Assembly (NCBI GenBank): GCA_964634445.1
Contig: CAZWJA010000002.1
Location: forward strand, 9,844-73,843
DNA from: an uncultured Candidatus Saccharibacteria bacterium
GTDB taxonomy: Bacteria; Patescibacteriota; Saccharimonadia; Saccharimonadales; AWTP1-31
Reading direction: 5' to 3'
Length of the DNA stretch: 64,000 nt
In this document: positions 6,395-15,720 of the stretch, piece by piece
Numbering within the stretch: the stretch's first letter is position 1
Layout: each line of letters opens with the position of its first letter
Notes under the pieces: generated by a model
The model's input: only the letters and a program-made list of their open reading frames with translations
Told to the model about the DNA's origin: nothing
Databases searched by the model: none
Position numbers and translations under genes: made by a program

Positions 6395-8788
6395 TTATTG
6401 AGCTGGAGCCGCTGGACTTCCTGGCCACTCCCAGTTATGCACTTCTGGCATATCGATGCCGTATTTATTGATATATTCCCGGTGGGCAACTAGCTTGCGC
6501 TTCATTTCTTCTTTTAGATATACACCTTTGCTACCGCCTTGCTCAGGCAGACGGTCAACCGTGTCAATTACCAGGTTAAACCGGTCAATATTGTTCAAGA
6601 CACACATGTCGAAGGCTGTGGTAATCGTGCCTTCTTCTTTGTAGCCCCGGACATGCAGGTTTCGGTTAGCCCGGCGGTAAGTCAGTCGGTGTAGCAACCA
6701 TGGGTAGCCGTGGAAGGCAAAGATAATGTGCTTGTCTTGGGTAAATATCGAATCGTAATCGACGTCGCTTAAACCATGGGGTCCTTCCGTGTCTGGTTCC
6801 AGCTTCATGAGGTCGATAACGTTTACAACCCGGATTTTAAGATCCGGCAGATACTGCCTCAGGATTGATACCGCTGCCAAGGTTTCCATAGTAGGAACAT
6901 CCCCAGCACAGGCCATTACCACATCTGGTTCGCTGTCGCGATCATTGCTGGCCCACTGCCAGATACCTATTCCCTGGGTACAGTGTTCAATAGCTTCGGT
7001 CATGCTTAGGAACTGTGGTGCTTCCTCGTGCTTGCCGCTGATTACTAAGTTTATGTAGTTTTCACTTCGCAGGCAGTGATCCATGGTCGACAGCAGGGTA
7101 TTAGCATCCGGGGGCAGATAAATGCGGATGGTTTTGCCTTTCTTGTTGATTAGGTGGTCGATAAAACCTGGGTCTTGGTGAGTAAAGCCGTTGTGGTCCT
7201 GGCGCCAGACATGAGAAGTCAGCAGGTAGTTTAGTGAAGCAATATTTTCCCGCCAAGGTAGTTCTGCCGACATCTTCAGCCACTTGGCATGCTGGTTTAC
7301 CATTGAGTCGACGATTCTAATAAAGGCTTCATAGCTGTGCAGTATGCCGTGCCTTCCGGTCAGCAGGTAGCCTTCCAGCCAGCCTTGAGCTTGGTGTTCG
7401 CTTAGCATTGAATCTAAAACCCGGCCGCTAGAGTTCAAGAACTCGTCACCGTCGCGGATATCGGCATCCCACTGGCGGTTTGTAACTTCAAAAACTTGGC
7501 CTAATTTGTTCGACATAGTTTCATCCGGGCTGAATATCCGGAAGTTGTTCGACTGCTGGTTGTTAGTTATGACATCTCTTAAAAATGGGGCCAAGGTCAG
7601 CATGCAGCTGGCATGGGTTTTGGTCGGCTCAGGCACGTCAATCGCGTATTTGCGGAAATCTGGCATGTTCAGGGCCCGCATAAGACCACCTCCATTGGCG
7701 TGTGGGTTGGCTCCCATTCGACGGGTACCCTTAGGGGCAAGTTCAGCCAGTTCCGGAATTAGTTTTCCAGTCTGGTCAAACAGCTCTTCCGGCTTGTAGC
7801 TTTTGAGCCAGTCTTCGAGCTGCTGCCAATGTTCCGGGTGGTTTATTGGCATAGTCAACGGCACTTGGTGTGACCGGAAATTACCTTCGTTCGGCAACCC
7901 GTTGATGACTTTCGGACCGGTCCAGCCCTTTGGAGAATTTAAGATAATCATTGGCCAGCGAGGGCGGACCTGGCGTTCACTGTTTGCAGCTTCAGTTTTA
8001 ATCCGCTTGATCTCGGCTGTAATTTTGTCGAGAGTAGAGGCCATTAACTGGTGCATCTTGGCCGGATCACTGCCTTCGACAAAATAGGGGGTATAGCCGT
8101 AGCCGCGGAATAACTGCTCAAGTTCGTCGCGGCCAATCCGAGCTAAAACTGTCGGATTAGAAATCTTGTAGCCGTTTAAATGCAGGATCGGCAGTACTAC
8201 GCCGTCGGTTAGTGGGTTTAGAAACTTATTGGAATGCCAAGCTGTCGCCAGCGGTCCGGTTTCAGCTTCGCCGTCGCCGACAACACAGGCAACTATCAGG
8301 TCCGGATTATCAAAAGCCGCTCCGTAGGCGTGGCTTAGCGAATAGCCAAGCTCGCCGCCTTCATGAATAGAACCAGGAGTCTGAGGGGAAACGTGGCTGG
8401 ATATTCCGCCGGGGAATGAGAACTGCTGGAACAGTTTCTTTAAACCGGCTTCGTCTTGGGTAATGCTTGGATATACTTCACTGTAGGTTCCTTCCAGGTA
8501 TACGCTGCCGACTAGTGCTGGTCCACCATGACCCGGACCGGAAATATAGATCATATTGAGATCGTCTCTCTTAATAATCCGGTTCAAATGGGTATAAATA
8601 AAATTCTGGCCCGGTGTCGTACCCCAATGACCGAGCAGCAGATTTTTGACGTCGGTTTTAGCAAGCGGACGTCTAAGCAGGGGATTGTCAGCTAGATATA
8701 TCTGCCCGACAGATAAGTAGTTAGAAGCTCGCCAGTAGGCATCTATTTTCTGTAGTTCTTCATTACTAAGTGCGTTTTGGTCGTTCAT
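6395..8788 (-). CDS. xfp: Xylulose-5-phosphate/fructose-6-phosphate phosphoketolase
   Basis: 797 aa. Characteristic XFP N-terminus ([42 protein letters not shown]) with the TPP-binding region. Confidence 0.95.
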   Translation of the reverse strand: MNDQNALSNEELQKIDAYWRASNYLSVGQIYLADNPLLRRPLAKTDVKNLLLGHWGTTPGQNFIYTHLNRIIKRDDLNMIYISGPGHGGPALVGSVYLEGTYSEVYPSITQDEAGLKKLFQQFSFPGGISSHVSPQTPGSIHEGGELGYSLSHAYGAAFDNPDLIVACVVGDGEAETGPLATAWHSNKFLNPLTDGVVLPILHLNGYKISNPTVLARIGRDELEQLFRGYGYTPYFVEGSDPAKMHQLMASTLDKITAEIKRIKTEAANSERQVRPRWPMIILNSPKGWTGPKVINGLPNEGNFRSHQVPLTMPINHPEHWQQLEDWLKSYKPEELFDQTGKLIPELAELAPKGTRRMGANPHANGGGLMRALNMPDFRKYAIDVPEPTKTHASCMLTLAPFLRDVITNNQQSNNFRIFSPDETMSNKLGQVFEVTNRQWDADIRDGDEFLNSSGRVLDSMLSEHQAQGWLEGYLLTGRHGILHSYEAFIRIVDSMVNQHAKWLKMSAELPWRENIASLNYLLTSHVWRQDHNGFTHQDPGFIDHLINKKGKTIRIYLPPDANTLLSTMDHCLRSENYINLVISGKHEEAPQFLSMTEAIEHCTQGIGIWQWASNDRDSEPDVVMACAGDVPTMETLAAVSILRQYLPDLKIRVVNVIDLMKLEPDTEGPHGLSDVDYDSIFTQDKHIIFAFHGYPWLLHRLTYRRANRNLHVRGYKEEGTITTAFDMCVLNNIDRFNLVIDTVDRLPEQGGSKGVYLKEEMKRKLVAHREYINKYGIDMPEVHNWEWPGSPAAPAQ

Positions 8789-9982
8789 TTAGTTTTGCTC
8801 CTTATCGATCTTTGAAATTTCACGGACGATTGTTGTCGCTTCATCTGTTGCCATGACGTAAACCCCGACTTTGCTGCCCCCGGAGGAAATAACTTCTGTA
8901 TTCATCTGGTTACGGGATTGGTCGATGCTAATGCCTAAGAAGTCTAGCTGGTCGCAGATTCGGGCCCGGATTTTCGGAGCCGCTTCACCTATGCCGCCGC
9001 TGAAAATCAGGCTGTCGATTCCGCCCATAGCTGCTGCGTAAGCACCGATGTATTTTTTAGCCTGGTAGCAGAAAATATCTACGGCATCCTTAGCTCGAGG
9101 GTCATCGGTTTCAATCTCTAGTAGCTTTTTCATGTCAGAAGTAGTTTCGGAAATGCCTAAAAGGCCGGATTCAAAGCCAATCACATGGTTTATCTGATCT
9201 GTCGTAAGATGTTCGTGTGCGGCTAAGTAGGTAATTATTCCAGGATCTAAATCCCCGGACCGCGTACTCATGGGGATGCCCCCGGCCGGAGTAAGCCCCA
9301 TGCTAGTATCTATCGGTTGGCAGTCTTTAACGGCTGCCAAGCTGGCACCGTTTCCTAAGTGCGCCATGACAATCTTACCTCGAGCGGATGATTTGCCAGC
9401 AACTTGCTCAAACTCTTCAAGCAGATAAGTATACGACAGTCCGTGGAAACCGTAACGACGTAGGCCGAGTTCTGAATATTTTCGCGGTAACGGAAGCAAT
9501 TTGGCATTGGTCGGAAGTTCGTGAAAAAAAGCCGTATCAAAGCAGGCAACTTGTTTAACCTTTGGAAAATTGCGACCAGTTAGTTCGATTGATTCTATCT
9601 GGTAGGGAAGATGTTCCGGATTCAAACTTGTTATTACATGTAGATCCTTGATGACTTCTGGGGATATCAGGCGCGATGCACTAAATTCCGGTCCGCCATG
9701 GACGATTCTGTGCCCAATTGCGACAATTGTGTTTTGTTGCAAATGTTCCTGAATCCACTTGTAGATAATTTCTGCGGCTGTTTTATGCTCTGGGGCTTCT
9801 ACTTTATATGAACTAGTATTGTTTTCGGCCAGTTTTTTGACTTTAAATTCGGTCGAAATAAATCCTATACCGGATATTGAACCGGATATAGTCTTAGTCA
9901 ATGAATCAGAATCAAATAGGCAGAACTTAATACTGGAAGATCCAGCATTAATGGTCAAGTAGAAAGAATTTGATTCAGCCAT
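8789..9982 (-). CDS. ackA: Acetate kinase
   Basis: LTINAGSSSIKF N-terminal motif, HRIVHGG, and FHGLSY. The stop abuts the xfp start with no gap. Confidence 0.95.
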   Translation of the reverse strand: MAESNSFYLTINAGSSSIKFCLFDSDSLTKTISGSISGIGFISTEFKVKKLAENNTSSYKVEAPEHKTAAEIIYKWIQEHLQQNTIVAIGHRIVHGGPEFSASRLISPEVIKDLHVITSLNPEHLPYQIESIELTGRNFPKVKQVACFDTAFFHELPTNAKLLPLPRKYSELGLRRYGFHGLSYTYLLEEFEQVAGKSSARGKIVMAHLGNGASLAAVKDCQPIDTSMGLTPAGGIPMSTRSGDLDPGIITYLAAHEHLTTDQINHVIGFESGLLGISETTSDMKKLLEIETDDPRAKDAVDIFCYQAKKYIGAYAAAMGGIDSLIFSGGIGEAAPKIRARICDQLDFLGISIDQSRNQMNTEVISSGGSKVGVYVMATDEATTIVREISKIDKEQN

Positions 9983-10082
9983 TTACAAAAACTTTCGAAT
10001 CGGACGATAAATAGCACCCACAATCATAGCAATATCATAACACGCACCGCTTATGGCTACATTAGTTTACACGAAGTAATTC

Positions 10083-10454
10083 TTAGAATTCGTTACTTAC
10101 GCAGATCCAGTTTTTAGCCGGATCTTGGAACCAGGCTACATCGCCGCTTTGAGGGTCTTTCAAGATTCCGTTATCATCAGTTCCAGGTATTTTGGCCATA
10201 TCGATTCCGGCACTGTTAAGTTCGGATACTGCGGCTACTACGTCACTAACCTCAATACCAAGTACCGTAGAGTCCCATGGTTTGTGATCCGGTTTCTCAT
10301 ATATGTTGATTTTCGTACCATTACCTGCCTGAAGTACAAGCTGTCCCTTCATTTCTTTAAGCTGGCTGAACCCCAGCTTTCCGACGTAGAATTCTTTGGC
10401 CGTAACCAAATTATCCACGCTGAAATTTGCGTGAATTGCTTTAGATCCAAGCAT
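10083..10454 (-). CDS. VOC/glyoxalase-family protein
   Basis: 123 aa with a paired beta-alpha-beta-beta-beta pattern (FSVDNLVTAKEFYVGKLGF ... LGIEVSDVVAAVSEL). Confidence 0.75.
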   Translation of the reverse strand: MLGSKAIHANFSVDNLVTAKEFYVGKLGFSQLKEMKGQLVLQAGNGTKINIYEKPDHKPWDSTVLGIEVSDVVAAVSELNSAGIDMAKIPGTDDNGILKDPQSGDVAWFQDPAKNWICVSNEF

Positions 10455-10609
10455 AAAACACCTCCTTAAGTTATGTACAGCTATATAGCACTAATATATG
10501 AATAAGTAAGTAAGAATTCAGACAAAGATTTATGTTCAACGAGGTGAAAAATAATTGAAATTACCAACTTGTAAGTAGTGCTTGTCGTAAATGCAGAATT
10601 TTCTTATTG

Positions 10610-10873
10610 CTATTTTCTATATACCTTACTCCTATGCTGTATATGTAAGATGACAATATTATTAGCTTCAATATCAAACAAGACACGGTAATTTCCTACT
10701 CGAAAGCGATACTGAGCATCAGAGGGTTTAGTAAGTGGTTCTGCAAACTCCAGTGGATTTGACTGACCAACAAACCAGTCTAATTTAGTTTTTAATCTTT
10801 TCTTAATGTGTGGCGGTAATTTTTGAATATCCCTAACGGCTGGTTTTTTATAGACCAACGAATAAACGTGCAT
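10610..10873 (-). CDS. RelE/ParE-family toxin
   Basis: 87 aa with PLTKPSDAQYRFRVGNYRVLFDIEANNIVILHIQHR, typical of RelE/ParE. 1-nt overlap with the upstream antitoxin. Confidence 0.85.
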   Translation of the reverse strand: MHVYSLVYKKPAVRDIQKLPPHIKKRLKTKLDWFVGQSNPLEFAEPLTKPSDAQYRFRVGNYRVLFDIEANNIVILHIQHRSKVYRK

Positions 10874-11115
10874 TACAGATTCCCAAAAACCTCTTCATGG
10901 CTGAAGTACTCTTTGCTTTCTCGAGCTTCACGAATCTTTTCTAGATATTCAGGATTACTGGCAGCTAGCAGATCTTCTAGCTTATCTAAATCAATAATCG
11001 CGCGCTCTTTCTTACCTCGGCGGGTGACAATTAAAACGTCATCTTTGTTAATTGACTCTAGAGTGTCGGCTAAGTTGCTTCTTAGATCAGACGCTGAAAT
11101 TGTTTTTGTACTCAT
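10873..11115 (-). CDS. Phd/YefM-family antitoxin
   Basis: 80 aa. N-terminal ISASDLRSNLADTLESINKDDVLIVTRRGK pattern. Confidence 0.85.
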   Translation of the reverse strand: MSTKTISASDLRSNLADTLESINKDDVLIVTRRGKKERAIIDLDKLEDLLAASNPEYLEKIREARESKEYFSHEEVFGNL

Positions 11116-11210
11116 AATAAATTCCTGTTTACGTACGTTTTAGTTGTACTATTTAATTGTATATTCTTATATGGTTCTTGTAAAGAATCAGAGTAATTGA
11201 ATTTGGGACT

Positions 11211-11287
11211 TGGTGCACCCGACAGGATTCGAACCTACGACCTTTGGCTCCGCAAGCCAACGCTCTATCCAGCTGAGCTACGGGTGC
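11211..11287 (-). tRNA. tRNA-Arg (anticodon GCG), CCA encoded
   Basis: Reverse complement GCACCCGTAGCTCAGCTGGATAGAGCGTTGGCTTGCGGAGCCAAAGGTCGTAGGTTCGAATCCTGTCGGGTGCACCA. Anticodon arm TTGGC-TTGCGGA-GCCAA. The T stem has two G-U pairs. Confidence 0.85.
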
Positions 11288-11336
11288 GTGAAGAACAGGG
11301 GTTATTTTAGCATTTTTAATCTGTTTTAGCTAGTGT

Positions 11337-11861
11337 CTAGAAACGGATTCTGTGCATCAGGCTGTCGAAAAGTGCCAGTTCTTTTTGCTCAAATGGCAAA
11401 TATTCACTAATGTAATCAACTATTTTCTGACCTTCGTCGGGCGCAAAGTAAATACTTAGTCCGGGCATAAAGCGCTGCAGGGGCATAAACCAGATTGATT
11501 CAACACCCTCTTCCTGCACAATTGAAAAAGATTTAAAGCCAGAAAAGGGATAATACTTCTGATCTACCCTTATGCCATGGCTATCTAGCTGGTAGGGAAG
11601 TTCTCTTGGTCTCCTGGCGCCGACTATACAGAACAAAACTCCTAAGAAAACAATAACGCCGGCAGAAACCACATCTGCTATTAGAAAAGCTAGGGCTGCA
11701 ACAATAAGAGTAACTGCCATTACCGCTACGTACCAACCTGACGATTTATCATGGGCTATAAACTCACTGGCAGTCCAACTAATTGCCGGTTGTTCGGCAG
11801 TAACCGGTTCAGGGTTTGAAGCTTCGCTATTATCGACTGAAAATTGAGTTACTTCTGCCAT
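11337..11861 (-). CDS. Hypothetical two-TM membrane protein
   Basis: 174 aa with adjacent TM helices (WYVAVMAVTLIVAALAFLIA; AGVIVFLGVLFCIVGA) followed by a beta-rich soluble domain. Confidence 0.7.
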   Translation of the reverse strand: MAEVTQFSVDNSEASNPEPVTAEQPAISWTASEFIAHDKSSGWYVAVMAVTLIVAALAFLIADVVSAGVIVFLGVLFCIVGARRPRELPYQLDSHGIRVDQKYYPFSGFKSFSIVQEEGVESIWFMPLQRFMPGLSIYFAPDEGQKIVDYISEYLPFEQKELALFDSLMHRIRF

Positions 11862-11913
11862 TATAATCCCTCTTGCATAAGCGTATTGTACAGCAAAATA
11901 AATTGATATTAAA

Positions 11914-11937
11914 AATGCGTTTGTTCAAAAACGCATT
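11914..11937 (-). terminator. Hairpin AATGCGTTT / AAACGCATT followed by a T-run on the minus strand (putative terminator after the tRNA pair)
   Basis: Read directly. 9-bp perfect stem, 6-nt loop, flanked by A/T runs on both sides. Confidence 0.4.
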
Positions 11938-11953
11938 CTTTTAGTCTAAGTTG

Positions 11954-12046
11954 TGGCGGAGGAGGAGGGATTCGAACCCTCGCTGGAACTTGCGCCCCAC
12001 TAACGATTTAGCAAACCGTCCCCTTAAGCCACTTGGGTACCCCTCC
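11954..12046 (-). tRNA. tRNA-Ser (anticodon GCU), CCA encoded
   Basis: Reverse complement GGAGGGGTACCCAAGTGGC...ACGGT-TTGCTAA-ATCGT..., with a long variable arm, T arm GAGGG-TTCGAAT-CCCTC, and 3' GCCA. Confidence 0.9.
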
Positions 12047-12069
12047 ACAACTTGATGATTATAGCACTA

Positions 12070-12159
12070 TGGCGGAAGGGGTGGGATTCGAACCCACGGT
12101 ACCGTTGCCGGCACGACGGTTTTCAAGACCGTTTCCTTAAACCGCTCGGACACCCTTCC
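12070..12159 (-). tRNA. tRNA-Ser (anticodon UGA), CCA encoded
   Basis: Reverse complement GGAAGGGTGTCCGAGCGG...ACGGT-CTTGAAA-ACCGT..., with a long variable arm, T arm GTGGG-TTCGAAT-CCCAC, and 3' GCCA. Confidence 0.9.
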
Positions 12160-12201
12160 ATAACAGGGGTGATTATACCAGTTTATAGAGTATTATCCAA
12201 A

Positions 12202-12870
12202 TTATAATGCACGGGCAAATACGACAGCTTTGATTTTCTTAGCGCCAGAAGCCTTAAGAGCCTTAGCGGCCGATTCTAACGTAGAACCGGTAGTTAGGAC
12301 ATCGTCTACCATTAGAATATGCATGCCTCTAATATTTCTGGGTACCAAGTAACTCCCGTTTAGCTGTTTCAATCGCTGACTCCGCTTAGATCCGACTTGC
12401 CGGGTCTGGCCAATTCGGATTAGAAGTTTTTGGTAGGGTAGGTTTAATAGTCTGGCAATTTCCTTTGCCAGCAGCTCAGCTTGGTCGTAGCTTCGCTGTC
12501 TTTTTCTGCTGGTTGCAGTCGGGACGGGAACAATAACTGTTTTCAAGTTCAACTTCGGGATTGATTCAAGCATGGCTTTAGCCATGATCTGGTAGGCTTC
12601 TTTTTTGCGCTCGTATTTCAAGGCTTGGACTAAATTTTTAGGTGTGAATACATATTTGGATCTTATCCAAACATGATTGATATTCGACCGTTTTTTACAC
12701 TGCTTGCAAGTTTTACAGTTTGAACTAGTCTGCCTGCATATATAACATTGGTTTTTAGTTTGCCTACCTAAACGAAACCAACAATCCGAACAAAGCAGGG
12801 AACCTTCTGAATTGCAGAAAAGGCACTCGTGTGGAGTTACTACCCTGATTATTGCTTCTGCCAGCGACAT
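12202..12870 (-). CDS. comFC: ComF-family protein (ComFC-like phosphoribosyltransferase with N-terminal Cys-rich zinc ribbon)
   Basis: N-terminal CLFC...CSDC...CYIC...CKQC cysteine pairs. C-terminal PRT motif ILMVDDVLTTGSTL. Confidence 0.85.
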   Translation of the reverse strand: MSLAEAIIRVVTPHECLFCNSEGSLLCSDCWFRLGRQTKNQCYICRQTSSNCKTCKQCKKRSNINHVWIRSKYVFTPKNLVQALKYERKKEAYQIMAKAMLESIPKLNLKTVIVPVPTATSRKRQRSYDQAELLAKEIARLLNLPYQKLLIRIGQTRQVGSKRSQRLKQLNGSYLVPRNIRGMHILMVDDVLTTGSTLESAAKALKASGAKKIKAVVFARAL

Positions 12871-13070
12871 AGCTAAAGTATATAGACCTGTTAACAGATA
12901 AGCATGAGCAATAATATCAATAACTATTAATTTACTATTTTATTTGTGTTGTTATTAAAGCGTTGTAAATATGCTTATAAAGGTTGTTAGAGGAAATTAG
13001 CTAAGTTATACTAACTTTAACACAAAAACGCTAATTATAAATTTACTATTTACCTCGGAGGAAACAGAAT

Positions 13071-13556
13071 ATGGCACGTAGAAGTCGTGATGATGATCTA
13101 CTTATGGAAGACGAACTAACGGCAGCCTTTTTAGGTGAAGACGATTCTCCGGCACCAGCAGCTCCCGAACAATCCGCTCAACCGGCTCAAGCATCAGCAC
13201 CAGCTGACGAATGGGACGAAGAAGAAGCAGTACCAGGGCAGTTGGCAGTTGACGTTTATGAAACCAAAGAAAAACTAGTCGTTAAAGCTAGAACTGCCGG
13301 CGTAAACAAAAGCGAGCTAGATGTCAGCATTGCCGACAACACACTAAGTATCCGAGGTACTCTATCTGCCGGCAACGAAGACGATGTCGAAAACTATTTC
13401 GTCCAGGAATGTTATTGGGGCGAATTCTCTAGAAGCATTACCTTGCCAGTTCCAGTTAAGGAAGAAGAAATTGAAGCCGTACTTAAAGACGGTGTACTTA
13501 CAATCAGCTTTACAAAGATGAAGCAGGATTCAGTTAAGAAAATCCAAGTTCTGTAG
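13071..13556 (+). CDS. Hsp20/alpha-crystallin small heat-shock protein
   Basis: Alpha-crystallin domain (LAVDVYETKEKLVVKARTAGVNKSELDVSIADNTLSIRG ... FSRSITLPVPV ... AVLKDGVLTISF). SD GGAGGA upstream. Confidence 0.9.
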   Translation: MARRSRDDDLLMEDELTAAFLGEDDSPAPAAPEQSAQPAQASAPADEWDEEEAVPGQLAVDVYETKEKLVVKARTAGVNKSELDVSIADNTLSIRGTLSAGNEDDVENYFVQECYWGEFSRSITLPVPVKEEEIEAVLKDGVLTISFTKMKQDSVKKIQVL

Positions 13557-13593
13557 GTAAGCTACAATACAATTTGGTTTACATTCGATATTT

Positions 13594-13622
13594 AAAAAGA
13601 CTCCCGGGAAAGGAGTCTTTTT
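13594..13622. terminator. Bidirectional rho-independent terminator between hsp20 and the pilin array
   Basis: AAAAAGACTCC-cgggaaa-GGAGTCTTTTT: an 11-bp perfect stem with an A-run and a T-run on either side. Confidence 0.75.
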
Positions 13623-13654
13623 AAGTTCCTATACTTAATCGTTTTAAATATTAG

Positions 13655-14086
13655 CTAGGGTGTTCCGACAAATCGGTTTAGTACAAACTTGACGATAATC
13701 TGTGCCAATGCGACTACTATAAGGCCAATAACTGCGTACAGCACGGTGTTCTGAGCAGAAGATACTTTTCCTGAGTCACCACCGGAAGTGATGTAGCGGA
13801 TACCACCGACGATGATCATGACAACTGAGATGATTCCAACGATTGCAGAGAAAAGGTTTAATCCTTTACTAACAGTGTCGTTAACTCTGCCAGTTGCATC
13901 TGAAGTGCTAGATGCACAGTCACCACCAGATGGATCGGTACTGACGTCAATATTGACTCCATCACAGACTGCTTTGGTAGGGTTGAACTCTGTTGCCGCA
14001 CTGGCAAGTGGAATAGCTGCAAACGGTGCCACGAATAAAGTAGCAGCGGTGAAACCGACTATTAACTGTTTAATTTTTTTAATCAT
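13655..14086 (-). CDS. TrbC/VirB2-like T4SS pilin paralogue P1
   Basis: Signal peptide (LIVGFTAATLFVAPFAAIPLASA), Cys pair, then a TM-loop-TM hairpin IISVVMIIVGGIRYITSGGDSGKVSSAQNTVLYAVIGLIVVALAQIIV. Confidence 0.8.
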   Translation of the reverse strand: MIKKIKQLIVGFTAATLFVAPFAAIPLASAATEFNPTKAVCDGVNIDVSTDPSGGDCASSTSDATGRVNDTVSKGLNLFSAIVGIISVVMIIVGGIRYITSGGDSGKVSSAQNTVLYAVIGLIVVALAQIIVKFVLNRFVGTP

Positions 14087-14151
14087 TTATATTAACCTTT
14101 CTTTTTCTTACTCTGATTTATACCATAAATACTATTGTAATTTCAATTTAT

Positions 14152-14541
14152 TTATAAAGTTACCTTATTAATTACGAACTTTACTATAAACTGGGATAAC
14201 GCCACGATAACCAATCCGATGGCCGCGTAAATAATCGTATTCCGAGCGCTAGTAACGGCATTTGCGTCACCGCTAGAAGTAACCATTTTCAAACCCCCAA
14301 CTATAAGCATAATTACAGCTACCAGACCAACAATACCACTGAATAGGTTGAGCGCTTTTTTTATAGTCGAGTCTACCGTAGCCGTTCCTGCTTGGGGATC
14401 ACAACTATTTGTATTAGCTACAAGTCCAGCACCTTCACAAACTGCCTGCTTGGCATCAGCGCTAACAATACCGGTAGCAAGAGTAGCTACCGAAACTATA
14501 CTAACTATTAGACTTGTAAGAATTAATTTAGTGTATTTCAT
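14152..14541 (-). CDS. TrbC/VirB2-like T4SS pilin paralogue P2
   Basis: Signal peptide, Cys pair (CEG...SCD), hairpin VAVIMLIVGGLKMVTSSGDANAVTSARNTIIYAAIGLVIVALSQFIV. Confidence 0.8.
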   Translation of the reverse strand: MKYTKLILTSLIVSIVSVATLATGIVSADAKQAVCEGAGLVANTNSCDPQAGTATVDSTIKKALNLFSGIVGLVAVIMLIVGGLKMVTSSGDANAVTSARNTIIYAAIGLVIVALSQFIVKFVINKVTL

Positions 14542-14942
14542 GCAAACTTAAGTATAAATTGAATTATTAATCTTGACAAAGCGATAATAACTATTCCAAT
14601 GGCAGAATAGATAATCCCATTACGGGCTTCCGTAACTTTTTTACTATCGCCACTAGAAGTAACCATTTTCAAACCACTTAAAATAATTACAATTACCGCT
14701 ATAATTCCACCGGCTACAGCAATTATATTTGCAACCTTAGGAATAATAGCATCAGGTCCAGATAAAGGATTTTTATTGCTGTCCCTTTCTTGGCAGAAAT
14801 TGGAACTGCTGGATTCAGGCGAACCGTCACATACGGTGCTGAATGGATTGAACACACTCATTGCGTGAGCCTTGCTCGAGTTGCCGGCCACTACTAACAT
14901 TAGTGAAAGACTAATAATAAATATGGATAGTTTTTTAATCAT
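14538..14942 (-). CDS. TrbC/VirB2-like T4SS pilin paralogue P3
   Basis: Signal peptide, Cys pair (VCDG...NFCQ), hairpin IAVIVIILSGLKMVTSSGDSKKVTEARNGIIYSAIGIVIIALSRLII. 4-nt overlaps with both neighbours. Confidence 0.8.
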   Translation of the reverse strand: MIKKLSIFIISLSLMLVVAGNSSKAHAMSVFNPFSTVCDGSPESSSSNFCQERDSNKNPLSGPDAIIPKVANIIAVAGGIIAVIVIILSGLKMVTSSGDSKKVTEARNGIIYSAIGIVIIALSRLIIQFILKFA

Positions 14943-15250
14943 AGACGTCCTACTACAGCCGATACAATCGCAAAAGCGGTCAAGCTGATAACCAGTCCAA
15001 CTGCGGCGTAGATAATTGCATTTCTTGATTTGTTAACTGCCTGAGGATCACCCTGGGAGAGAACCATCCTTACACCCGAGATAATGATGATTATGAGCGC
15101 AATACCACCAAAGATTCCAAAAATTGTGTTTAAAATTGTTTGAACTCTTGGATCGTTAATATTTGTAATATTATTTTTAGGAATATTAACATCATCTGAT
15201 TTCAACCAGGCACTGTAATAAATTAATGCTAGTTTTATATTTAAGACCAT
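14939..15250 (-). CDS. TrbC/VirB2-like T4SS pilin paralogue P4 (shortest; no Cys pair, weak or no signal peptide)
   Basis: Hairpin IALIIIIISGVRMVLSQGDPQAVNKSRNAIIYAAVGLVISLTAFAIV. Confidence 0.7.
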   Translation of the reverse strand: MVLNIKLALIYYSAWLKSDDVNIPKNNITNINDPRVQTILNTIFGIFGGIALIIIIISGVRMVLSQGDPQAVNKSRNAIIYAAVGLVISLTAFAIVSAVVGRL

Positions 15251-15720
15251 AGACTATTACCTATAAAGTTTACTGCAACTACTGCGACCAAAGCTATTGC
15301 CAATCCAATTAGTGCATTTATGACTGTACCTTGAGCAGATTTGGTTGCGTCTGGTTCTCCTTGGCTAACTATATACCTGAATCCGCCGTAGATAACATAG
15401 CCGACGGCCACCATACCGGCAACCCTTAGGAGTATGTCTACTATCGCTAGGCCGATCCGGGGAAGGGCAAGTTCCCAAGAGAATTCGCCTCCAACTGGTG
15501 GACCAATTATTGCACACTTATCCTCATCTTTTCTTCCAACATCAAGATATTTATACCATGTCGGGATGCTTAAGAATGATGTACTGCCGTTGCATTCAGC
15601 TGCGACAGCTGCAGAAGTTGTCGCCGGTAAAAGGACCGCAAATCCTGTAAATAAAATAAATGCTGCTATAACTACACCAACTATTTTATTTTTCAAAATA
15701 TCCCTCCTGGCACCAGCCAT
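15241..15720 (-). CDS. TrbC/VirB2-like T4SS pilin paralogue P5
   Basis: Signal/anchor (VGVVIAAFILFTGFAVLLPATTSAAVA), Cys pair, hairpin VAVGYVIYGGFRYIVSQGEPDATKSAQGTVINALIGLAIALVAVVAV. Confidence 0.75.
   Translation of the reverse strand: MAGARRDILKNKIVGVVIAAFILFTGFAVLLPATTSAAVAAECNGSTSFLSIPTWYKYLDVGRKDEDKCAIIGPPVGGEFSWELALPRIGLAIVDILLRVAGMVAVGYVIYGGFRYIVSQGEPDATKSAQGTVINALIGLAIALVAVVAVNFIGNSLWS

Noticed and set aside
12929-13052. Repeated AATTTACTATTT words and an AAGTTA-TAC-TAACTT inverted repeat upstream of hsp20, considered as a heat-shock operator
   Set aside because: They do not match CIRCE (TTAGCACTC-N9-GAGTGCTAA) or the HAIR consensus. The arms are short and the DNA is very AT-rich, so chance occurrence is likely.
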